In this document: in pieces, positions 13,501-28,600 of the stretch
Position numbering within the stretch: position 1 is the stretch's first letter
How the letters are laid out: every line of letters starts with the position of its first letter
Assembly (NCBI RefSeq): GCF_009914755.1
Contig: NC_060933.1
Source of the DNA: the human T2T-CHM13v2.0 reference genome, Homo sapiens
DNA: 64,000 nt
Reading direction: 5' to 3' (one strand)
Made by a program: the position numbers and the translations under genes
Notes under the pieces: generated by a model
Databases searched by the model: none
What the model saw: the letters and a program-made list of their open reading frames with translations, nothing else
Told to the model about the DNA's origin: nothing

Positions 13501-16500
13501 ATTGTGTGGAATGGAATGGAATGGAATGGAATGGAGTGTAAAGGAATTGAGTAGAATCAACCCTAATGGGATGGAATGGAATGATACGGAATGGAATGGA
13601 ATGTAGTATAATGGAATGGAATGCAATGGAATGGAATCAACTCCAGTGGCATGGAATGGAATGAAATGGATTGGAATGGAATGGAATGGAATCTTTCCGA
13701 GTAGAATGGAAGGGAATGTAATCGAGTGGAAAGGAAAGTAATGGAATCAATCCGAGTGGAATACAAAGGAATTCAATGGAATGGAAAGGACTGGAATGGA
13801 ATAAACCCTTGTGGTATGGAGGGGAATGTAATCACCCCGAGTTTAATGGAAGGGAATGGAATGGAATGGAACGGAATGGAATTGAATCAACCCAGGTGGA
13901 ATGGAATGGAAAGGAATGGAAAGGAATGGAATGGAATGGAATGGAATGGAATGGAATGGAATGGATTGGAATCAACCTGAGTGCAATGGAATAGAATGGA
14001 ATGGAATGGAATGAAACCCACCCGAATGGAATGGAATGGAATGGAATGGAATGGAATAAAATCTAACCGAATGAAATGGAATGGAATGGAATCGAATGGA
14101 GTGGACTGGAATGAAACGGAATAGAATGGAATAGAATCAACTCGAGTGGAATGGAACGGAATGGAACTGAATCAAAAAGTGTGGAATGGAATGGAATGGA
14201 ATGGAATAGAATGGAATGGAATGGAATGAAATGGAATGAAATGCAATCAACCCGAGTCGAGTGGAGTGGAATGGAACCGAATGGAATAGAATGTAAAGCA
14301 ATGAAATGTAACTGAATGGAATGGATTGGAGTGTAATGGAATGGAATCAAACCTAGTGGAATAGAATGGAATGGAATGGAATGGTATGAAATGGAATGGA
14401 ATGAAATGGAATGGAAAGCAATGGAATCAACCCGCGTGCAATGGAATGGAATGGAATGGAATGGAATGGAATGGAATGGAATGGAACTGAATCAACCCGA
14501 CTGGAATGGAATGGAAAGGAATGGAATGGAATTGAATGGAATCAACCCGAGTGGAATGGAAGGGAATGGAATGGAATAGAGGGAAATGGAATCAACCCGA
14601 GTGGAGTGGAGTGGAATGAAATCGAATGGAATGGAATAGAAAGCAATGAAATGGAATTGAAAAGAATGGATTGGAATGAAATGGAATGGAATCAAACCTA
14701 GTGCAATGGACTAGAATGGAATTGAATGGAATGGAATGGAATGGAATGGAATGGAATGGAATGGAATGAAATCAACCCGAGTAGAATGGAATGGAAAGGA
14801 AAGGAATGGAATGGAATGGAATGGCAAGAACCCGAGTGGAATGTAATGGAATCGAATGGAATTCAATGGAATGGAATCAACTGGATTGGAATGGAAAGGA
14901 ATGGAATGGAATGGAATCGAGTGAACCTGAGTGGAACGGAATGGAATGGAATGGAATGGAAAGGAAAATGCCCAAATGGAATGGAATGGAATTGAATCGA
15001 ATGGAGTGTTGTGAAGTGAAAGGGATTGGAACGGAATGGAATCAACTCCTTTGGAAAGGAATGGAATGAAATGGAACGGAACGGAATGGAATGGAATGGA
15101 AAGGAATGGTATGGAATGGAATGGAATGGAATGGAATCAACCCGAGTGTAATGGAAGGGAATGGAATGGAATGGAAGGTAATGGAATCAACCCGATTGGA
15201 GTGGACTGGAATGGAATCGAATGGAATGGAATGGAAAGCAGTGAAATGGAATTGAATAGAATGGATTGGAATGTAATGGAATGGAATCAAACGTAGTGCA
15301 ATGGACTAGAATGGAATGGAATGGAATGGAATGGAATCAACCAGAGTGGAATGTAATGGAAAGGAATTGAATGGAATGCAATGGAATGGAATAGCAAGAA
15401 CCCGAGTGGAATGGAATGGAATGGAATGGAATTCAATGGAAAGGAATCAAATGGATTGGAATGGAAACGAATGGAATGGAATGGAATCGAGTGAACCTGA
15501 GTGGAATGGAATGGAATAGAATAGAATGGAGTGGAATGGAAACTACCCAAATGGAATGGCATGGAATAGAATCCAATGGAGTGCAGTGGAATGAAATGGA
15601 TTGGAACGGAATGGAATCAACTCCTGTGTAATGGAATGGAATGAAGTGGAACGGAATCGAATGTTATGGGATGAACCCAAGTGGAATGGCATGGAATGGA
15701 ATGGAATGCAATGGAATGGAATGGAATGTAATGGAATGGTAAGGAATAGAATGGAATGGAATGGAATGGATTCAACCCCATTGGAATGGAAGGGAATGGA
15801 ATGCTATTGTGTGGAATGGAATAGAATGGAATGGATTGTAAAGGAATTGAATAGAATCAACCAGAATGGAATGGAATGGAATGGAATGGTATGGAATGGA
15901 ATGGAATGCAATGGAATGGAAAGCAATGGAATGGAATAGAATGGAATGGAATGGAACGGAGTGGAAAGCAATGGAATCATTTCGAGTGGAATGGTAGGGA
16001 ATGTAATCGAGTGGAATGGAAAGGAATGGAATCAACCCGAGTGGAATGGAATGGAATGGAATGGAGTGTAAAGGAATTGAATAGAATCAACACATGGAAT
16101 TCCATGGGATGGAATGAAATGGAATCTACCCGAATGGAATGAAATCTACCCGAATGGAATGGAATGGAATGGAATGGAATGGAATGGAATAGAATGGAAT
16201 GTACCCGTATGGAATGGAATGGAATGGAATGGGATGGAATGGATTGGAATGGAATGGAATGGAATGGAATGGAATGTATTGGAATCTACCCGAATGGAAT
16301 GGAATGGATTGGAATCGACTGGAGTGCAATGGAATGAAAAGCTATGGAATGGAATGGAATGGAATAGATTGGAAAAGAATGGAATGGAATGGAATGGAAT
16401 CAACACGAGTGGAATGGAATGGAATGGAATGGAATGGAATTTACTGGAATGGAATATATTGAAATGGAATGGAGTGAATTCAACCCGAGTGGAATGGAAT

Positions 16501-18559
16501 GGAATTGCATGGAATGGAAGCGACTGGAATGGAATGGAATGGAATGAAATTAAATGGAATGGAATGGAACAGAATAGAATGGAATGAACCCGAGTGGGAC
16601 GGAATGGAATCGAATGGATCGGAATAGAATGGAATGGAATGAAATGGAATGGAATGGAATGGATTCAACCCGATTGGAACGGAGTGGAATGGAATGGAAT
16701 TGTGTGGAATGGAAAGGAATGGAATGGAGTGTAAAGGAATTGAACAGAATCAACCCGAATGGAATGGAATGGAATGAAACGGAATGGAATGGAATGGAAT
16801 GGAATGGAACGGAATGGAATGGAATCAACTCGAGTGGAATGGAATGGAATGGAATGGATTGGAATGGAATGCAACGGAATGAAATGGAATGGAATGGAAT
16901 GGAATGGAATCTTTCCGAGTGGAATGGAAGGGAATGTAATCGAGTGCAAAGGAAAGAAATGGAATCAACACGAGTGGAATGGGAGGGAATGGAATGGAAT
17001 GGAACGGAATGGAATTGAATCAACCCGAGTGGAATGGAATGGAAAGGAATGGAATGGAATGGAATGGAATGGATTGGAATCAAACTGAGTGCAATGGAAT
17101 GGAATGGAATGGAATGGAATGGAATGGAATCAACTCGAGTGCAATGGAATGGAATGGAATGGAATGGAATGGAATGGAATGGAATGGAATAGAATGGAAT
17201 GGAATGGAGTGGAATGCAATGGAAAGGAATGAATGGAATCTACCCGAGTGGAATGGAATGGAAAGTAATGGAATGGAATGGAATGGAATGGAATAGAATG
17301 GAATGGAACGAAATGGAATGAAATGGATTCAACCCAATTTGAATGGACTGGAATGGAATGGAATTGTGTGGAATGGAATGGAATGGAATGGAATGGAATG
17401 GAATGGAAATAACCCGAATGGAATGGAATGGAAAGGAATGGTATGGTATGGAATGGAATGGAATGGAATCAACCCGAGTGTAATGGAAGGCAATGGAATG
17501 GAATGGAAGGAAATGGAATCAACCAGAGTGGAGTGGAGTGGAATGCAATCGAATGGAAAGGAATGGAAAGCAATGAAATGGAATTTAATAGAATGGATTG
17601 GAATGTAATGGAATGGAATCAAACCTAGTGCAATGGACTAGAATGGAATGGTATGGAGAGGAATGGAATGGAATCAACCAGAGTGGAATGTAATGGAAAG
17701 GAATGGAATGGAATGGAATGGCAGGAACCCGAGTGGAATTCAATGGAATGGAATGGAATTCAATGGAATGGAATCAGCTTGATTGGAATGGAAAGGAATG
17801 GAATGGAATAGAATGGATTCAACACGAATGGAATGGAAAGGAATGGATTCAACCCGAGTGGAATTGCATGGAATGGAATGGAATGGAATGGAATGGAATG
17901 GTACGGAATAGAATGGAATGGAACGAAATGGAATGGAATGGAATGGAATGGAATCATTCCGAGTGGAATAGAAGGGAATGTATTCGGGTGGAATGGAAAG
18001 GAATGGAATCAACCCAAGTGGAATGGAAGGGAATGGAAAGGTATGCAAAGGAATGGAATCAACCAGAGTGGAATTGAAGGTAATGGAATGGAATGGAAAG
18101 GAATTGAATGGAATCAACCCGAGTGGAATGGAATGGAATTGAATGGAATGGAATGGAATGGAATGGAATGGAATCATCCCGAATGGAATGGAACGGAATG
18201 GAATGGAATGGAATGGAATGGAATGGAATGGAATCTACCCAAGTGCAATGGAATGGAATGGAATGGAATGGAATGGAATGGAATGGAATGGAATGGAATG
18301 GAATGGAATGGAGTGGAATCAACCCGAATGGAATGGAATGGAATGGAATCAACCCGAGTGGAATGGCATGGAATGGAATGCAATGGAATGGAATGGAACG
18401 AAATGGAATATAATGGATTCAACCCACTTGGAATGGAATGGAATGGAATGGAATGGAATTGTGTGGAATGGAATGGAGTGTAAAGGAATTGAATAGAATA
18501 AACACGAATGGAATGGAATGGAATGGAACGGAACGGAACGGAACAAAATGGAATGGAAT

Positions 18560-21500
18560 GGAATGGAATGGAATGGAATGGAATGGAAAGGAATGGAATC
18601 AACTCGAGTAGAATGGAATGGAATGGATTGAAATGGAATGCAATGGAATGGAATGGAATGGAATATAAAGGAATGAATGGAATCAACCCGAGTGGAATGG
18701 AATGGAATGGAATGGAATGGAATGGAATCAACCCGAGAGGAATGGAAGGGAATAGAATGGAATGGAAGGAAATGGAATCAACCCGACAGGATTGGAGTCG
18801 AATGGAATCGAATGGAATGGAATGGAAAGCATTGAAATGGAATTGAATGGAATGGATTGGAATGAAATGGAATGGAATCAAACGTAGCGCAATGGACTAG
18901 AATGGACTGGAATGGAATGGAATGGAATGGAATGGAATGGAATGGAAGGGAATCAACTGGAGTGGAATGGAATGGAAAAGAATGGAATGGAATGGAATGG
19001 AATGACAAGAACCCGAGTGGAATGCAATGGAATGGAACGGAATGGAATTCAATGGAATGGAATCAACTGGATTCGAATGGAAAGGAATGGAATGGAATGG
19101 AAATTACCCAAATGGAATGGTATGGAATGAAATCGAATGGAGAGGAGTGGAATGAAATGGATTGGAACGGAATGGAATCAAATACTGTGGAATGGAATGG
19201 AATCAAATGGAACGGAAAGGAATGGAATGGAATCAACCCGAGTGGAATGGCATGGAATGGAAAGGAATGGAATGGAATGGAGTGGAATGGAATGGAATAC
19301 AATGGAATGGAATGGAATGGAATGGAATGGAATGGAATGGAATGACCACCAGTGGAATGGAAATGTATGGAATGGATTGGATTGGAATGCAATGGAATGA
19401 AATGGAATGGAATGGAATGGAATGGAATTTTTCCGAGAGGAATGGAAGGGAATGTAATCTAGTGGAAAGGAGAGTAATGGAATCAACCCGAGTGGAATGG
19501 AAGGGAATGGAATGGAATGGAATCTACCAGAATGGAATGTAGTGGATTGGAATGGAAAGGAATGGAATGGAATCTACCTGTATGGAATGGAATGGAATGG
19601 AATGGAATGGAATGGAATGGAATGGAATCTACACAAACAGAATGGAATGGAATGGAATCGAATGGAGAGCAATGATATGAAATGCAATGGAATGGAATGG
19701 AATGGAACAGAATGGAATGGAATGGAATGAAATCAACCCGAGAGGAATGGAATGGAATGGAATGGAATGGAATGGAATTTACTCTAATGGAATATATTGA
19801 AATGGAATAGAGTGGATTCAACCCGAGTGGAATGGAATTGAATTGCATGGAATGGAATCGAGTGGAATGGAATGGAACGGAATGAAATTAAATGGAATGG
19901 AATGGAACTGAATGGAATGGAATCAACACGAGTGGAATGGAATGAAATGGAATGGAATGGAATGGAATGGAATGGAATGGATTCAACCCGAATGGAGTGG
20001 AAAGGCATGGAATCAACCCGAATGGAATGGCATGGAATGGAATGGAATGGAATGGAATTGAATGGAATGGAAAGGAATGGAATGCAACGGAACAGAATGG
20101 AATGGAACGAATTGGAATGGAATGGATTCCACCAGATTGGAATGGAATGGAATGGAATGGAATTGTGTGCAATGGAATGTAATGGAATGGAGTGTAAAGG
20201 AATTGAATAGAACCAACCAGAATGGAATGGAATGGAATGAAACGGAATGGAATGGAATGGAATGGAACGGAATGGAATGGAATGGAATGGAATGGAATGG
20301 AATGGAATGGAATGGAATCAACCCGAGAGGAATGGAAGGGAATGGAATGGAATGGAATGGAAAGGAATGGAATGGAACGGAATAGAATGGAATGGAACGA
20401 AATGGAATGGAATGCAATGGAATCAACCCGAGTGGAATTGAAGGGAATGGAATGGAATGGAATGGAATGGAAAGGAATGGAATCAACTCGAGTAGAATGG
20501 AATGGAATGGATTGAAATGGAATGCAATGGAATGGAATGGAATGGAATATAAAGGAATGAATGGAATCAACCCGAGTGGAATGGAATGGAATGGAATGGA
20601 ATGGAATGGAATGGAATCAACCCGAGAGGAATGGAAGGGAATAGAATGGAATGGAAGGAAATGGAATCAACCCGACAGGATTGGAGTCGAATGGAATCGA
20701 ATGGAATGGAATGGAAAGCATTGAAATGGAATTGAATGGAATGGATTGGAATGAAATGGAATGGAATCAAACGTAGCGCAATGGACTAGAATGGACTGGA
20801 ATGGAATGGAATGGAATGGAATGGAATGGAATGGAAGGGAATCAACTGGAGTGGAATGGAATGGAAAGGAATGGAATGGAATGGAATGGAATGGCAAGAA
20901 CCCGAGTGGAATGCAATGGAATGGAACGGAATGGAATTCAATGGAATGGAATCAACTGGATTCGAATGGAAAGGAATGGAATGGAATGGAAATTACCCAA
21001 ATGGAATGGTATGGAATGAAATCGAATGGAGAGGAGTGGAATGAAATGGATTGGAACGGAATGGAATCAAATACTGTGGAATGGAATGGAATCAAATGGA
21101 ACGGAAAGGAATGGAATGGAATCAACCCGAGTGGAATGGCATGGAATGGAAAGGAATGGAATGGAATGGAGTGGAATGGAATGGAATACAATGGAATGGA
21201 ATGGAATGGAATGGAATGGAATGGAATGGAATGACCACCAGTGGAATGGAAATGTATGGAATGGATTGGATTGGAATGCAATGGAATGAAATGGAATGGA
21301 ATGGAATGGAATGGAATTTTTCCGAGAGGAATGGAAGGGAATGTAATCTAGTGGAAAGGAGAGTAATGGAATCAACCCGAGTGGAATGGAAGGGAATGGA
21401 ATGGAATGGAATCTACCAGAATGGAATGTAGTGGATTGGAATGGAAAGGAATGGAATGGAATCTACCTGTATGGAATGGAATGGAATGGAATGGAATGGA

Positions 21501-22361
21501 ATGGAATGGAATGGAATCTACACAAACAGAATGGAATGGAATGGAATCGAATGGAGAGCAATGATATGAAATGCAATGGAATGGAATGGAATGGAACAGA
21601 ATGGAATGGAATGGAATGAAATCAACCCGAGAGGAATGGAATGGAATGGAATGGAATGGAATGGAATTTACTCTAATGGAATATATTGAAATGGAATAGA
21701 GTGGATTCAACCCGAGTGGAATGGAATTGAATTGCATGGAATGGAATCGAGTGGAATGGAATGGAACGGAATGAAATTAAATGGAATGGAATGGAACTGA
21801 ATGGAATGGAATCAACACGAGTGGAATGGAATGAAATGGAATGGAATGGAATGGAATGGAATGGAATGGATTCAACCCGAATGGAGTGGAAAGGCATGGA
21901 ATCAACCCGAATGGAATGGCATGGAATGGAATGGAATGGAATGGAATTGAATGGAATGGAAAGGAATGGAATGCAACGGAACAGAATGGAATGGAACGAA
22001 TTGGAATGGAATGGATTCCACCAGATTGGAATGGAATGGAATGGAATGGAATTGTGTGCAATGGAATGTAATGGAATGGAGTGTAAAGGAATTGAATAGA
22101 ACCAACCAGAATGGAATGGAATGGAATGAAACGGAATGGAATGGAATGGAATGGAACGGAATGGAATGGAATGGAATGGAATGGAATGGAATGGAATGGA
22201 ATGGAATCAACCCGAGAGGAATGGAAGGGAATGGAATGGAATGGAATGGAAAGGAATGGAATGGAACGGAATAGAATGGAATGGAACGAAATGGAATGGA
22301 ATGCAATGGAATCAACCCGAGTGGAATTGAAGGGAATGGAATGGAATGGAATGGAATGGAA
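18560..22361 (+). repeat. Near-identical tandem duplication, period 1,889 bp (copy 1 ~18560-20443, copy 2 ~20444-22332)
   Basis: Identical ORF translations offset by 1889 (18872/20761, 19063/20952, 19483/21372, 20062/21951). Shared rare words include CAAACGTAGCGC, GACCACCAGT, CTACACAAACAG and TTTACTCTAAT. Confidence 0.96.
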
Positions 22362-24069
22362 TGGAATGGAATGGAATGGAATGGAATCAACCCGAGTGGA
22401 ATGCAATGGAATGGAATGGAATGGAATGGAATCATCCCGAATGGAATGGAGAGGAATGGAATGGAATGGAATGGAATGGAATGGAATGGAATGGAGTCAA
22501 CCCGAGTGCAATGGAATGGAATGGAATGGAATGGAATGGAATCAACCCGAAAGGAATGGAATGGAATCGAATCAACCCTAGTGGAAAGGCACGGAATGGA
22601 ATGGAGTAGAATGGAATGGTACGGAATGGAATGGAATGGAACGAAATGGAATGGAATGGATTCAACCCGATTGGAATGGAATGGAATGGAATGGAATGGA
22701 ATCTACCCGAATGAAATGGAATGGAATGGAATGGAATGGAATGGAATGGAATGGAATGGAATGGAATCTACCCGAATGGAATGGAATGGAATGGAATGGA
22801 ATGGAATGGAATGAATCTACCCGTACGGAATGGAATGGAATGGAATGGAATGGAATGGAATGGAATGGAATGGAATGGAATCTACCCGAAGGCAATTGAA
22901 TGGAATGGAATGGAACAGAATGGAATGGAATGGAATGGAATGGAATGGAATGGAATGGAAAGGAATCAACACGAGTGGAATGAAATGGAATGCAATGGAA
23001 TGGAATGGAAAGGAATCAACCCTAGTGCAATGGAATGGAATGCGATGGAATGGAATGCAATGGAATGGAATGGAATGGAATCAACCGGAATGGAATGGAA
23101 TGGAATGGAATCAACCCGAGTGGAATGGCATGGAATGGAATGGAATGGAATGGAATGGAATGGGAAGGTACGGAAAAGAATGGAATGCAACGAAATGGAA
23201 TGGAACGGAATGGAATGGAATGGAATGGAATGGAATGGAATGGAATCATTCTGAGTGGAACAGAAGGGAATGTAATCGAGTGGAATGGAAAGAAATGGAA
23301 TCAACCCGAGTGGAATGGAAGTGAATTGAATGGAATGGAAAGGAATGGAACGGAATCAACCCGAGTGGAATGGAATGGAAAGGAAAGGAATGGAATGGAA
23401 TGGAATGGAATGGAATGGAATGGAATGGAATGGAATGGAATGGAATGGAATGGAGTTGAATGGAATATCAAGAACCCGAGAGGAATGGAATGGAATGGAA
23501 TGGAATTCAATGGAAGGGAATCAACTGGATTGGAATGGAAAGGAATGGAATGGAATGGAATGGAGTGAACCTCAGTGGATTGGAATGGAATGGAACGGAA
23601 TGGAATGGAAACTTCCCAAATGGAATGGAATGGAATGGAATTGAACGGAGTGGAGTGGAATGAAATGGATTGGAACGGAATGGAATCAACTCCTGTGGAA
23701 TGGAATTGAATGAAATGGAACGGAATGGAATGGAATGGAATCAAGCCGAGTGGAATGGCACGGAATAGAATGGAATGGAATAGTAAGGAATAGAATGGAA
23801 TGGAACGAAATGGAATGGAATGGTTTCAACCCAATTGGAATGGAATGGAATGGAATGGAATTGTGTGGAATGGAATGGAATGGAATGCAGTGTAAAGGAA
23901 TTGAATACAATCAACCCGAATGGAATGGAATGGAACGGAATGCAATGGAAAGGATTGGAAGGGAATTGAATGGAATTGATTGGAATCAACTGGAGTGGAA
24001 TGGAATGGAATGGAATGGAACGGAATGGAATTGAAGGGAATGGAATGCAAAGGAAAGAGTCAACTCGAG

Positions 24070-25620
24070 TGGAATGGAATGGAATCTTTCCGAGTGGAAT
24101 GGAAGGGAATGTAATCGAGTGTAAAGGAAAGTAATGGAATCAACCCGAGTGGAATGGAAGGGAAGGGAATGGAATGGAAAGGATTGGAATGCAATCAACC
24201 CGAGTGGAATGGAGGGGAATGTAATCGAGTGGAATGTAAAGGAATGGAATCAACCCGAGTGGAATGGAAGGGAATGGAATGGAATGGAACGGAATGGAAT
24301 TGAATCAACCCGAGTGGAATGGAATGGAAAGGAAAGGAATGGAATGGAATAGAATGCAATGGAATGGAATGGAGTGGATTGGAATCAACCTGAGTGCAAT
24401 GGAACCTACCCGAATGGAATGGAATGGAATGCAGTGGAATGGAATCTACCGTAATGGAATGGAATGGAATGGAATCGAATTGAGTGGACTGGAATGAAAC
24501 GGAATAGAATGGAATGGATTCAACTCGCGTGGAATGGAATGGAATGGAATGGAACTGAATCAAAAAGAGTGGAATGGAATGGAATGGAATGGAATGAAAT
24601 GGAATGAAATGCAATCAACCCGATTAGAGTGGAGTGGAAAGGAACCGAATGGAATGGAATGTACAGCAATGAAATGGAACTGAATGGAATGGATTGGAAT
24701 GGAATGGAATGGAATCAAAACTAGTGGAATGGCATGCAATGGAATGGAATGGAATGGAATGGAATGGAATGGAAAGGAATGGAATGGAATGGAATAGAAT
24801 GGAATGGAAGGAAATGGAATGGAATGGATTCAACCCGAGTGGAATGGAATGGACTGGAATGGAATTGTGTGGATTGGAATGGAATGGATTGCAGTGTAAA
24901 GGAGTTGAATAGAATCAACCCGAATGGAATGGAATGGAATCAAAGGGAATGCAATGGAATGGTATGGAATGGTATGGAATGGAATGGAATTGAATCAACT
25001 CGAGTGGAATAGAACAGAAAGGAATGGATTGGAATGGAATGCAATATAATGGAATGGAATGGAATGGAATGGAATGGAATGGAATGGAATGGAAAGGAAT
25101 GGAATCTTTCCGAGTGGAATGGAAGGAAATGTAAAAGAGTGGAAAGGAAAGTAATGGAATCAACCCCAGAGGAATGGAAGGGAATGGAATGGAATGGAAA
25201 GGAGTGGAATGGGATCAAACAGAGTGGAATGGAGGGGAATGTAATCGAGTGGAATGGAAAGGAATGGAATCAACCCAAGTGGAATTGAAGGGAATGGAAT
25301 GGAATGGAACGGAATGGAATTGAATCAACACGAGTGGAATGGAATGGAAAGGAAAGGAATGGAATGGAATGGAATGGAATGGAATGGAATGGAATGGAAT
25401 GGATTGGAATCAACCTGAGTGCAATGAAATGGAATGGAATGGAATAGAACCTACCCGAATGGAATGGAATGGATTGGAATGGAATGGAATAGAATCTACC
25501 CGAATGGAATGGAATCAAATGTAGTGGACTGGAATGAAACGGAATAGAATGGAATGGAATCAACTCGCGTGGAATGCAATGGAATGGAACTGAATCAAAA
25601 AGAGTGGAATGGAATGGAAT
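24070..25620 (+). repeat. Diverged direct duplication, offset ~1.02 kb (~24070-24600 vs ~25090-25620)
   Basis: ATCTTTCCGAGT at 24084/25104, GTAATGGAATCAACCC at 24131/25151 and CAAAAAGAGT at 24561/25596. Confidence 0.75.
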
Positions 25621-28600
25621 GGAATAGAATGGTATGGAATGGAATGGAATCAACCTGAGTGGAATGGAATGGAATGGAATGGAATGGAATGAAATTTACT
25701 GGAATGGAATATATTGAAATGGAATGGAGTGGATTCAACCCGAGTGGAATGGAATGGGACGGAATGGAATGGAATGGAATGGAATGGAATGGAATGGAAT
25801 GGAATCAACTGGAATAGAATGGAATGGGATGAAATTAAATGGTATGCAAAGAATTGAATGGAATGGAATCAACCCGATTGGAATGGAATGCAATGGAATT
25901 GAAAGGAATGGAATGGAATGGAATCAACCCCAATTTAATAGCATGGAATGGAATGGAATAGAATGTAATGGTATCGAATGGAATGGAACGGAACGGAATA
26001 GAATGGAATGGAACGAAATGGAATGGAATGGATTCAAGCCAGTTGGAATGGATTGGAATGGAATGGAATTGGGTGGAATGGAATGGAATGGAAAGGAGTG
26101 TAAATGAATTGAAAAGAATCAACCCGAATGGAATGGCATGGAATGGAACGGAATGGAATGGAAAGGAAAGGAATTTAATGGAATCAACGCGAACGGAATG
26201 GAATGGAAAGGAATGGAACGGAATGGAATGGAATGGAATGGAACGGAACGGAATCAACCCGAATGGATTGGAGTGGAGTGGAATCAACCCGAGTGGAATG
26301 GCATGGAATGGAATGGAATGGAAAGGAATGGAATGGTACGGAATAGAATGGAATGGAACGAAATTGAATGGAATGGATTCAACAAAATTGGAATGGAGTG
26401 GAATGGAATGGAATGGTGTGGAATGGAATGGAATGGAACGGAGTGTAAAGGAATTGAATAGAATCAACAAGAATGGAATGGAATGGAATGGAATGGAATG
26501 GAATGGAATGGAATGGAATCAACTCGGGTGGAATGGAATGGAATGGAATGGATTGGAATGGAATGCAATGGAATGGAATGCAATGGAATGGAATCATTCC
26601 GAGTGGAATGGAAGGGAATCTAATCCAGTAGAATGGAAAGGAATGGAATCAACCCGAGTGCAATGGAATGGAATGGAATGGAATGGAATGTACCCGATTG
26701 GAATGGAATGGAATAGAATCGTATGGCGTGGAATGGAATGAAACGGAATAGAAAGAAATGGAATGCAATCGCGTGGAATGGAATGGAATGGAACTGAATC
26801 AAACAGAGTGGAATGGAATGGAAAGGAATGGAAAGGAATGGAATGGAATGGAATCATCCCGAATGGAATGGAGTGGAATGGAAAGGAATGGAATGGAATG
26901 GAATCAACCCGAATGGAATGGCATGGAATGGAATGGAATGGAATGGAATGGAAAAGAATGGAATGGAATGGAATGGAATCAACCCGAGTGGAATGGAATG
27001 GAAATTAAAGTAATGTAATGGAATCAACCCGAGTGGAATGGAAGTGAATTGAATGGAATGGAAGGAAATGGAATCTCCTCGAGTGTAGTGGACCTGAATG
27101 GAATCCAATGGAATGGAATGGAAAGCAATGAAAAGGAATTGAATGAAATGGAATGGAATGTAATGGAATGGAATCAAACCTAGTGCAATGGACTGGAATG
27201 GAATGGAGAGGAATGGAATCAACACGAGTGGAATGGAATGGAAAGGAATGGAATGGAATCATCTCGAGTGCAATGGAATGGAATGGAATGGAATGGAATG
27301 GAATGGAATGGAATCCAACCGAATGGATGGAATGGAATGGAATCAACCCGAGTGGAATGGCATGGAATTGAATAGAATGGAATGGAATGGAGTGGTGCGG
27401 AATAGAATGGAATGGAACAAAATTGAATGGAATGGATTCAACCCAATTGGAATGGAATGGAATGGAAAGGAATTGTGTGGAATGGAATGGAATGGAATGG
27501 AATAAACTCGAGTGCAATGGAATGGTATGGAATGGAATGGAATGGAATGGAATGGAATGGAATGGAATGGAATGGATTCAACCCGAATGGAATGGAATGG
27601 AATGGAATCAACACGAGTGGAATGGCATGGCATGGAATGGAATGGAATGGAATGGAATGGAATGGAATGGAATGGAATGGAATGGAATTGTATGGAATAG
27701 AACGGAATGGAACGAAATGGCATTGAATGGATTCAGCCCAATTGGAATTGAATGGAATGGAATGGAATTGTGTGGAAAGGAATGCAATGGAATGGAATTG
27801 TGTGGAATGGAATGGGATGGAATGGAATGGAATGGAATGGAATGGAATGGAATGGAGTCAACCGGAGTGGAATGGCATGGAATGGAATGCAATGCAATGG
27901 AATGGAACGAAATGGAATGGAATGGATTCAACCCACTTGGAATGGAAGGGAATGGAATGGAATTGTGTGGAATGGAATGGAGTGTAAAGGAATTGAATAG
28001 AATCAAACCGAATGGATTGGAATGGAATCGAGAGGAACGTAATGGAATGGAATTGAATGGACTGGAATGGAATGGAATGGAATAAACTCGAGTGGAATGG
28101 AATGGAAAGGAATGGATTGGAATGGAATGCAATGGAATGGAATGGAATGGAATGGAAAGGAATGTAATGGACTGTAAAGAAATGGAATGGAATGGAAAGG
28201 AATGGAAGGAAATCAACACGAGTGCAATGGAATGGAATGGAATGGAATAGAGTGGAATCTACCAGAATGTAATGGAATGGAATGGAATGGAATGGAATCG
28301 AATGGAGTGGAAAGGAATGAAACGTAATAGAATGGAATGGAATCAACTCGCGTGGAATGGAATGGAATGGAAATGAATCAAACAGAGTGGAATGGAAAGG
28401 AATGGAATGGAAAGTAATGGAATGGAATGTAATGGAAAGGAATGGAATCAACCCGATTAGAATGGCATGGAATGGAATGCAATGGAAAAGAATGGAATGG
28501 AACGGAATAGAAAGGAATGGAAAGAAATGGAATAGAATGGATTCAACAACCTTGGAATGGAATGGAATGGAATGGAATTGTGTGGAATGGCATGGAATTG

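Larger units (their letters stand above)
3350..17100 (+). repeat. Imperfect higher-order repeat, ~3.5 copies of a 3.3-4.6 kb unit
   Basis: Collinear rare markers: (C)CATGGAATTCCATG(G) at 4169, 8121, 12744 and 16093; GA(C/T)TGTAAAGG at ~3931, 7913, 12526 and 15835; GTGGTATGGAGGGGAATGTAATCA at ~5261, 9183 and 13811; TAGTATAATGG at ~5049, 8971 and 13604. Confidence 0.85.
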
